Positions 9,775 to 16,971 of a stretch of DNA of 46,945 bases are shown one piece after another. Made by a program: the position numbers and the translations under genes. The stretch spans positions 1 to 46,945 of the forward strand of contig JBNGDF010000019.1 in NCBI GenBank assembly GCA_049975265.1. Direction: 5' to 3'. Positions within the stretch are counted from its first letter, which is position 1. Each line of letters opens with the position of its first letter. The notes beneath the pieces were generated by a model. That model saw nothing but the letters and a program-made list of their open reading frames with translations. It was not told where the DNA came from and did not search any database. Origin of the DNA: Fidelibacterota bacterium (GTDB taxonomy: Bacteria; Fidelibacterota; UBA2242).

Positions 9775-10767
9775 TTACCATACCACCGCGGCAGAAGACC
9801 AGGTGAATCCGGAACCGAACGAGGCAAGTACCAGTTTGTCGCCTTTGTCAAATTTACCTTCCCGGCGGGCGTCGTACAATGCCAGTGGGATGGATGCAGC
9901 GGTTGTATTTCCATAACGGTGTATATTACTATAAACTTTTTCAAGAGGCAACTCTAACCTTTTGGCAATTGCTTCGGTGATCCGCAGATTGGCCTGGTGC
10001 GGCACCACCAGTTTGATATCTTCCCGGGTCCATTGATTTGCCTCGAGAGCCGTAACGACCGCTTCCGGAAAGCGGGTAACGGCATGTTTGAAGACCTGAC
10101 GTCCGTTCATGGAAGGATATTGGCGGCGGTCATTCAGCATCTCCGGAGTAATGCGGGGTGATTGATAACCTACCGGGGCATCGATCCAGAGGTCCTTGGC
10201 GTGGGTGCCATCGGCAAAGAGATGAGTAGATGCAATAACACTGTCATCTTCCGAACGAGTGACGATTACGGCTCCGGCGCCGTCACCAAAAAGGACTGCG
10301 GTGTCGCGACCAGCCGTACTGAGGTCCAGCCCGACAGATTGAACCTCTACGCCCACCAGCAGAATGTTTTTATAGGTTCCGGTTTGTATAAACTGATCGG
10401 CAATCGCGAGTCCGTAAAGAAACCCCGAGCACTGCACACGGATATCCAGGGTGGGAACATACCTGACCTCCAGCAATGCCTGCAGGAAACTGCTGGTGCC
10501 GGGAAACATGTGCTCCGGGGTAATGGTAGCGACGATAATGAGGTCAAGTGCGGATTTGTCAATTTGCGCTTCCTGAATGGCTGCGAGGGCGGCGGGCAGT
10601 GCCAGTTCAGCGGCTCCGCAGGGTTGGGTCACGAAGCGTCGTTCCTGAATACCGGTACGTTCACGAATCCATTCGTCACTGGTATCCATCATTTTTTCCA
10701 GGTCGAAGTTGGTCACTACGTTTTCGGGGACGTTAATACCTAGTCCGGCAATTTTACTGCGATACAT
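9775..10767 (-). CDS. fabH: 3-oxoacyl-ACP synthase III
   Basis: 'DTSDEWIRERTGI', catalytic 'QCSGF', 'LFGDGAGA', 'PHQANLRI', 'YGNTTAAS', 'FGSGFTW'. Start moved to ATG 10767, which follows an AAGGAG RBS. Confidence 0.93.
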   Translation of the reverse strand: MYRSKIAGLGINVPENVVTNFDLEKMMDTSDEWIRERTGIQERRFVTQPCGAAELALPAALAAIQEAQIDKSALDLIIVATITPEHMFPGTSSFLQALLEVRYVPTLDIRVQCSGFLYGLAIADQFIQTGTYKNILLVGVEVQSVGLDLSTAGRDTAVLFGDGAGAVIVTRSEDDSVIASTHLFADGTHAKDLWIDAPVGYQSPRITPEMLNDRRQYPSMNGRQVFKHAVTRFPEAVVTALEANQWTREDIKLVVPHQANLRITEAIAKRLELPLEKVYSNIHRYGNTTAASIPLALYDARREGKFDKGDKLVLASFGSGFTWSSAAVVW

Positions 10768-10796
10768 TTGGATACTCCTTCTGCAAGTTATCAACC

Positions 10797-12500
10797 TTAC
10801 TCATCCGAAAAGTGTATATCTTTGATATTCAGCTGAATTTGCTTAATTCCGTTCCATTCATTTTCCTCGACGACAAACGCCATATCCAGGGGACGGTTGC
10901 TGATCAGCATCTCATAAAGTGTGCCCAGCTTCCAGCCGATGGCGCTGATGACTTTTTGCTGTTTTGCCGCTTTGAATTTCAGGTGGTTTTCGCCGACAAT
11001 CCGGGGCAGTCCGGAGACGGTCAGTTGCCGGGTCATAAATACCGGACGCATATTGCCCGGTCCGAAAGGTGCCATTTTTTTCAGATGTTCCAGGAGCTCC
11101 TGATTAATGTCATTAAAGTCGATTTCACAGTCGATTCTCAGTCTTGGATTCAGCATTTCTTCGGTGATCTGCTGGTTGGCAATGCGTTGGATTCGTTGCT
11201 GGAATTTGGGGATCATCTCCTTGCGGATGGTCATTCCGGCTGCCATTTTATGTCCCCCGTAATTTTCCAGCAGATCGGCACATTGTGTGAAGGCATGGTA
11301 GAGGTCGAAATCGGCGATGCTGCGGGCGGAGCCCTTGCCGATACCGTTCTGGGTAGAGATCATTACCACCGGTCGGTTATAGATCTCCTTGATTTTAGAC
11401 GCTACGATCCCGATAACACCCTGGTGCCAGTTTTCACCGGAAATAACGAACAGTTTATCTTTGAAAATATCGTGGCTGGCGTTCAGCTGGAGAATCGCCT
11501 GGTCGATGGTGTCCTTTTCGATGTTTTGCCGCTGTTTGTTTTCCTGTTCCAGTAGCGACGAGAGCTCCCGGGATTCGTTGCGGTCGAAAGAGGTCAGTAA
11601 TTTTACGGCGCGGGTAGCTTCTCCCAGACGTCCTGCGGCGTTGAGGCGGGGCGCCAGACCGAAGACGATATTGACCACATTCAGGATTTTATTGGTAAAG
11701 CCGGAGACCTTCAGCAGAGCATTGACACCGACCTTATTGGTCCGGTTGAGATACTCGAGTCCCTTTGCCACCAGAACGCGGTTTTCATCCAGAATGGGGA
11801 CAATATCAGCCGCCGTACCGATGGCGACCAGGTCCAGATGGCGGTAGAGTTTTTCCAGTGGAATATTGTTTTTTATGGAAAATGCCTGCAGCATCTTAAA
11901 GGCGACTCCGGCACCACAGAGCTCTTTGAAGGGGTAGGGATCGCCGTCACGTTTGGGGTCGAGGATCGCCAGAGCGTTGGGTAAAGTATCCGCCGGTTCA
12001 TGGTGGTCGGTAACAATCAGATCAATGCCGTTTTTCCGGGCATAATCGATCTCGTCAAAGGCATTTATTCCGCAATCACAGGAGATGATCAGGCTCGCCT
12101 GCTGCTTTATGGCTTCATCAATGCCCAGTTTCGAGAGCCCGTATCCCTCTTTTTCACGATCGGGAATATAATAGATGGTACTGAGACCGATTTCATGCAG
12201 GAAGAGATAGAGCAGCGAAGTGGCGGTGGTTCCGTCGACATCGTAATCGCCGTAGATCAGAACGGTTTCCCTGTTTAGAAGAGCCGCTTGCAGACGATCC
12301 ACGGCTTTTTCCATATCCAGCATTAGAAAGGGGTCGTAGAGGTCCTGAAAACTCGGATGGAAGAAGTGCCGGATTTCCGCACTGTCGGTAAAACCGCGGT
12401 TGTAAAGTACCGTGGCAATGGGGAGGGGAATCTGAAGTACCTTCGCCAGGTCTTTGACCCGTTGTGCGTCGATCTCTTCCTGGTACCATTCAAATTTCAT
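10797..12500 (-). CDS. recJ: ssDNA-specific exonuclease RecJ
   Basis: 'YGDYDVDG', 'DCG', 'TDHH', 'GTAADIVP', 'PRLNAAGR', 'GSARS', 'GGHKMAAG', 'PFGPGN'. Confidence 0.96.
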   Translation of the reverse strand: MKFEWYQEEIDAQRVKDLAKVLQIPLPIATVLYNRGFTDSAEIRHFFHPSFQDLYDPFLMLDMEKAVDRLQAALLNRETVLIYGDYDVDGTTATSLLYLFLHEIGLSTIYYIPDREKEGYGLSKLGIDEAIKQQASLIISCDCGINAFDEIDYARKNGIDLIVTDHHEPADTLPNALAILDPKRDGDPYPFKELCGAGVAFKMLQAFSIKNNIPLEKLYRHLDLVAIGTAADIVPILDENRVLVAKGLEYLNRTNKVGVNALLKVSGFTNKILNVVNIVFGLAPRLNAAGRLGEATRAVKLLTSFDRNESRELSSLLEQENKQRQNIEKDTIDQAILQLNASHDIFKDKLFVISGENWHQGVIGIVASKIKEIYNRPVVMISTQNGIGKGSARSIADFDLYHAFTQCADLLENYGGHKMAAGMTIRKEMIPKFQQRIQRIANQQITEEMLNPRLRIDCEIDFNDINQELLEHLKKMAPFGPGNMRPVFMTRQLTVSGLPRIVGENHLKFKAAKQQKVISAIGWKLGTLYEMLISNRPLDMAFVVEENEWNGIKQIQLNIKDIHFSDE

Positions 12501-12514
12501 GTTGGTAAAGAAGT

Positions 12515-12903
12515 CTGAAGTTGGTCGATAAGCCGAATTCTGTCTCCCGATGAATCGGGATGACAGTCATTTATCTATTCGCGGCTTTACAGCCGGAATT
12601 AAGCGATCTACCCGAGAATTCGTTGGGACGGGCCATCCCGCTTCTCTGCTTGATCTTGCTCCGGGTGGGGTTTACCCTGCTCCCGACTTCGCAGTCGGGA
12701 CGGTGCGCTCTTACATTAATCCCGCTTGATTGCGGGACGCACCATTTCACCCTTACCCCGATTTGCATCGGGGCGGTATCGTTTCTGTGGCACTTTCCTG
12801 CTACCGCATAATCGGTAGACTCCGTGTTACGGAGCACCCTGCCCTGCGGAGTTCGGACTTTCCTCCCCGATATACATCGAGGCGACTGTCTGACCAACTT
12901 CAG
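12515..12903 (-). ncRNA. rnpB: RNase P RNA, type A
   Basis: Minus strand has P1 CUGAAGUUGGUC/GACCAACUUCAG, 'GAGGAAAGUCC', 'AGUGCCACAGAAA', 'GGUAAGGGUGAAA', 'GGUAAACCCC..GAGCAAG', 'AGAUAAAUGACUG', 'ACAGAAUUCGGCUUA'. Confidence 0.97.
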
Positions 12904-13700
12904 AATAATTCCTCCATATTATCGGACCTGATTTCACTGGCGTCCTCATCCCAGTATAAAATCCGTCCGCAAAATTCACACCGAATCAAAGAGCTGCCCG
13001 CCCGAATTTCCACCACCTTTTGGGGCGGCACAATTTTATGGCATCCTCCACAGGATACCTGAGCAGGATAATACTCGACGTTACCCTTCTTATCGGTATG
13101 CTCTTCAAAAACCTGTTGAACCGGGACCACCGCCCGACCATCTTTGGCTTTGGCGATCCGTTCATATTCGCGAATATAGCGCAGCGGAATGTTGGCTACC
13201 AGTTTCTCACGGCGTTCCATCAGTTTCGAATGAACATCGTCGGTTTTCTTATTGGTCTTTTCCAGCTGCTCTTCCCGCAGTTTCAAGTCCGCCTGCTTCT
13301 CAACCAGAGTCAATTCAATACTTTTTATCGACTCTTTTAAAGTCTGTAATTCTTCGTTTAGTTCCAGGATTTTGTATTCAGACGCATCGATGTTTTGCCG
13401 GACCGTATCAATTTCCGATGTCAGAGCATCGTACTCTTTGTTGGATGTCACCAGATAGAGTTGATCCTGATACCGCTGAAGGTGCTCTTTATTGTCCTCT
13501 ATTTGTCCCTCCAGCCTTTTCGTCTCCAGGACAATTTCCTTTTCGCGGTTGCGATTGGAGTCAAGGTCCTTTTCCAGGGTCGCAATGTTTTTTCTTAGAT
13601 TGGCGACTACCTGAGGTAAATCCCCCTTCATCTGGTTGATCTCGATTAACTCGTTATCAATTTTCTGTAAATTGACTAAATATTCCAACTCCTTGAGCAT
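12900..13700 (-). CDS. Coiled-coil / C4 zinc-ribbon protein (DUF164, CT398-like)
   Basis: 'LQKIDNE', long coiled coil, 'NKEYDAL..EI', CGGC..CEFCGRIL; GGAGG RBS. Confidence 0.88.
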   Translation of the reverse strand: MLKELEYLVNLQKIDNELIEINQMKGDLPQVVANLRKNIATLEKDLDSNRNREKEIVLETKRLEGQIEDNKEHLQRYQDQLYLVTSNKEYDALTSEIDTVRQNIDASEYKILELNEELQTLKESIKSIELTLVEKQADLKLREEQLEKTNKKTDDVHSKLMERREKLVANIPLRYIREYERIAKAKDGRAVVPVQQVFEEHTDKKGNVEYYPAQVSCGGCHKIVPPQKVVEIRAGSSLIRCEFCGRILYWDEDASEIRSDNMEELF

Positions 13701-13719
13701 TCAACCTCCATTGTGGTAT

Positions 13720-13753
13720 TAAAAATGAAAATTGCACCGATAAGGGTGCAATT
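13720..13753 (-). terminator. Probable intrinsic terminator or processing hairpin downstream of tRNA-Val
   Basis: 9-bp stem AATTGCACC/GGTGCAATT (13730-13738/13745-13753) followed by a U-rich tract on the minus strand. Confidence 0.55.
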
Positions 13754-13809
13754 GCTATTTTGATATGTGTGGGTAAATAATCTGACGCTTTCAAGACCTT
13801 GCCTTTCTG

Positions 13810-13883
13810 TGGGCGATATCCGATTTGAACGGATGACCTTCCCGATGTGAACGGGACGCTCTGACCAACTGAGCTAATCGCCC
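13810..13883 (-). tRNA. tRNA-Val (anticodon CAC), CCA not encoded
   Basis: GGGCGAU acceptor stem pairs with AUCGCCC + discriminator A; D arm AGCUCAGUUGGUCAGAGC; anticodon arm UCCCG-UUCACAU-CGGGA; T arm AUCCG-UUCAAAU-CGGAU. Confidence 0.95.
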
Positions 13884-13911
13884 CGTGATCCCTAGTAGCA
13901 AAAAGCGTGAA

Positions 13912-13940
13912 AATTTATCCAAATTCAACCATTAAATCAA
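13912..13940 (-). promoter_or_regulatory. Sigma70-type promoter of tRNA-Val
   Basis: TTGATT (13940-13935), 17 nt spacer, TAAATT (13917-13912). Confidence 0.45.
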
Positions 13941-15373
13941 TATGATTCATGATTATTTCGGATTAAATCGGAATGTCTCCGTCGCCAAATATTTTTTAAC
14001 CAGTGGAAACCGTAAACTGCCAGAGCACCAGAAAGTCCGCTGAAAAAGGGTTGGATATTCAGAGGAAAAAGCGGAGCGAACAGCGACGACCGCAGGATGC
14101 CGGCAAACAGCCAGAAAAAGGATAAACAAAAAGCGATGACCATCGCCGCAACAGTCGCATTCCGGGAGATTCGTATCCGGTGGAAGAAAACCGCCAGCAG
14201 GGGAATCAACAGACTGGGAATAATGAGGGAACCCATGAGATACCAGATTTTGATGACTGACGGAACGAATGTTAAAAGAAGAATTGAGAAGATCAGTGTC
14301 AGGGCGAGACCCAGTTGTGTGGCGGTGGTGACATTGATCCGTTGGCAGTTCCGCCAGGCAATATCCCGACCGAAGGTGACCGCTGCCAGAAATGAGTTGG
14401 AATCCAGGGTCGACATAATCGTCGCCATCAGTGCGATGAAAAAAAGTCCGCAGGCGATGGGCGGTAAGACCTTTTCACCCAGCGCCGGAAATGCCATCAG
14501 ACCGGAAATGTCGGGGTAGATTGCCCGGGCATACAGACCGGCAGTGGTGGTAAAAAAATCGAAAACGATCCAGAAGAGGATTGCCAGTAAAATACCATTA
14601 CGGGCTGTTCTGGGAGTTTTTACAGCGTAGCAGCGCTGATAAAATCCGGGGTCCACAAAGGTCCAGAGCGCAATGAAAAACCAGACAACAATATACTGCG
14701 GACTCTGACCACCGTCTAACCGCAGATGAGTGTCAGGCAGGGCGTCGCGTAAAAAGTCAATTCCCCCGAACTGGTGATACAAGATGAAAACCAGCATGAT
14801 GAAGCCGCTGAACATCAGAAAAAACTGGAAAAGGTCGGTTCGGACCACCGATTTGAAGCCGCCGAAAAAAACATAGAGGGTGGAAAAACAGACGGCGGCG
14901 AATACCGAAATCCAGAACGGAATGCCAAAGATTGCCCGGAACAGAATGCTGAGCATCAGTAAATGGGAGGCGGGAGAGACCAGCAGAAAGATATAGATAC
15001 TTCCGATGAATCCGGCGGTCTGCCCGTAATGGTTGTACAGCTGATCAGGAATGGTAAACAGCTCTGTTTTTCGGATTTTGGGTGCGATCAAGAGCGCAAA
15101 AATCACCGCAAAAAGGTAGTAGGGAAGCGCCTGCGTGACCCAGTTCAGCAGACCGTAACGATGGGTAAATTCACCGATACCCAGAATGCCGCCGTACCAG
15201 GTGGAGACCAGTGTTGCTGTAAACGCCGGCAGTGAGAGGCGCCGCCCAGCCAGCAAAAAGTTAACATCATCGCCCCGCTGCCGTTTAGAAGACCAGAGTC
15301 CGATGAACAGAATGCCGGCTAAATAGACCAGGATCAGGATTTTGTCGATAGCCGCAATGGTGATCGGATTCAT
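13937..15373 (-). CDS. Sodium:solute symporter family transporter (possibly thiamine or a precursor)
   Basis: About 13 TM helices; 'FLLAGRRL', 'STWYGG', 'FTIPD', 'YVFFGGFKSVVRTD', 'YQRCYA', 'ATIMSTLDS'; its start overlaps the thiN stop. Confidence 0.88.
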   Translation of the reverse strand: MNPITIAAIDKILILVYLAGILFIGLWSSKRQRGDDVNFLLAGRRLSLPAFTATLVSTWYGGILGIGEFTHRYGLLNWVTQALPYYLFAVIFALLIAPKIRKTELFTIPDQLYNHYGQTAGFIGSIYIFLLVSPASHLLMLSILFRAIFGIPFWISVFAAVCFSTLYVFFGGFKSVVRTDLFQFFLMFSGFIMLVFILYHQFGGIDFLRDALPDTHLRLDGGQSPQYIVVWFFIALWTFVDPGFYQRCYAVKTPRTARNGILLAILFWIVFDFFTTTAGLYARAIYPDISGLMAFPALGEKVLPPIACGLFFIALMATIMSTLDSNSFLAAVTFGRDIAWRNCQRINVTTATQLGLALTLIFSILLLTFVPSVIKIWYLMGSLIIPSLLIPLLAVFFHRIRISRNATVAAMVIAFCLSFFWLFAGILRSSLFAPLFPLNIQPFFSGLSGALAVYGFHWLKNIWRRRHSDLIRNNHESY

Positions 15374-16035
15374 CAGGATATAAACGGGTGAATTAAGAGC
15401 AATTTACCGTTATCAAAGGATATCTGTACATCGGACCGGGTAACGACGTTACTGAGACCCCGGGAGCCACCTGCCAGGGTTTCCTGAAAGAGATTCCATT
15501 TCAGTCCGCCGGTGGTCAGATTCTCAGCGATCGGTGCCGGAAAAAGGGAGAGATGCTGATTCACCGGAAATTGAAATTGATAACGACCCGGCGGCAGAAA
15601 GAGATATTCCGCTGTTTTGGAAAAGATTTGGAACTGCGCTGTGGTCTCCTGCTTTTCGATGATCTGCAGGGTGGCATAGCTGTGATCATCCCGGAATCCC
15701 AGAAAACCCAGCAGAACGAAATATGTACAGGAATGGTGTCCTTTTATATATTGCAGACTCTTTTCGAGATCGTTCCTTTCCTGGGACTTGAGGGTGATAA
15801 ACGGTATTTTTTGAATTGCAAAATGATTCTGTACATCATCGTGAATGGAATCCAGATCGCCGATAATGAGGTGCGGTGTTATACCATTCTGGAATGCGTA
15901 ATTGGCACCACCGTCACAGCAGACCAGCAGGTTAGCCCCGGCAATCAGGCGCTTGCAGACGGACGATTCCGGGTATGCGCCATTGCCCAGCAGCAGACAG
16001 TAGGGCGATTGCGGTTGTTGATGGAACATTGGCAA
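15373..16035 (-). CDS. thiN: Thiamine pyrophosphokinase
   Basis: 'CCDGGAN', 'IIGDLDSI', 'QERNDLEK', 'G.RDDH', 'GLKWNL', 'GLSN'. Confidence 0.9.
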   Translation of the reverse strand: MPMFHQQPQSPYCLLLGNGAYPESSVCKRLIAGANLLVCCDGGANYAFQNGITPHLIIGDLDSIHDDVQNHFAIQKIPFITLKSQERNDLEKSLQYIKGHHSCTYFVLLGFLGFRDDHSYATLQIIEKQETTAQFQIFSKTAEYLFLPPGRYQFQFPVNQHLSLFPAPIAENLTTGGLKWNLFQETLAGGSRGLSNVVTRSDVQISFDNGKLLLIHPFIS

Positions 16036-16050
16036 GATGAGTTCGCAGGA

Positions 16051-16971
16051 TTAATGTAGTTCTTCGTAGATTGGGATTTTATTTTTCTGCATACATTTCT
16101 GGAATTTATTGACATCGATGATGAATTTGTAATTTTTCATCTCTTTTTCCACGGCTTTTTGATACTCCTTGGAGTGAAAATATTTGATCATATATTTTTC
16201 CAGCGGCAAAATCAGATAATCGGTGTCCCAGACCAGTGTTTGTCCGGTTTTATGGTTGATGATACAGTCGTAATGAGCCGCCCAGGCGACGGTATGAAAT
16301 TTATAGATGCTCAAAAGATCGCGGTTAATCGCGAAAAGGATTGCCTGGTTGTGAGGATTGGTAAAGATAAAATCTTTGGTGAACATAAATGCGGTGTGAT
16401 AGTAGCGGGGTTTATTGATCATGCCCTCCAGCCGCAGGCGTCGGGTCATGATGATTAAAATCTGCAGCATGCGGTCGCCGATACCCAAACCGGGGTAGAT
16501 CTGACCCGGCAATTGCGGGCGAACTTCATTGAAGGTTTTTCGGGGATTCTGCAATAAAAGCCATTCAATCTGGAGTAAATTGGGGTTGCAGTTTGGGAAT
16601 TTGGGTAAATTGTCACACTGCAAATTCAGCGGTCCTTTTTTTACCACCATCTCGCAGATAGTGTTGCTGTCACAGGGTTCGCCGGTATAGACGTAAAGGC
16701 GGTGAGTGTGGGGATCACTGGTGTCGATATCTACCCGTAAATCGGTCAACCCGAGGCGTCCCAGTGCGTCGGTCAGTCCGAAGGCGTCAATTACGTTTTT
16801 TAATCCCTGGCGGGTAAATATTCCCATGAAAAAATTAGAGCTTTGCTCCACACGCCCGTCAACGACAAGACTGTTCATGGTGAAGTGATTATCGCCGGCG
16901 CCGGCTTGGAGATCGGCAAGTGTCAACTTTTTTGCGATTTTGATATACTGCTTGCGGAATCGGTTTTTCAT
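16051..16971 (-). CDS. Uncharacterised protein with 'EWLLLQNP..RPQLPGQ.YPGLG' motif (possible GNAT-like fold)
   Basis: 306-aa ORF with ATGA overlap to the upstream selD fusion. I recall this motif from the C-terminal extension of some deltaproteobacterial HDAC-family proteins (recollection, not verified). Confidence 0.7.
   Translation of the reverse strand: MKNRFRKQYIKIAKKLTLADLQAGAGDNHFTMNSLVVDGRVEQSSNFFMGIFTRQGLKNVIDAFGLTDALGRLGLTDLRVDIDTSDPHTHRLYVYTGEPCDSNTICEMVVKKGPLNLQCDNLPKFPNCNPNLLQIEWLLLQNPRKTFNEVRPQLPGQIYPGLGIGDRMLQILIIMTRRLRLEGMINKPRYYHTAFMFTKDFIFTNPHNQAILFAINRDLLSIYKFHTVAWAAHYDCIINHKTGQTLVWDTDYLILPLEKYMIKYFHSKEYQKAVEKEMKNYKFIIDVNKFQKCMQKNKIPIYEELH

Noticed and set aside
12560..13062. 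ORFs 12560-12811, 12571-12897 and 12730-13062
   Set aside because: They overlap the RNase P RNA gene and are spurious.
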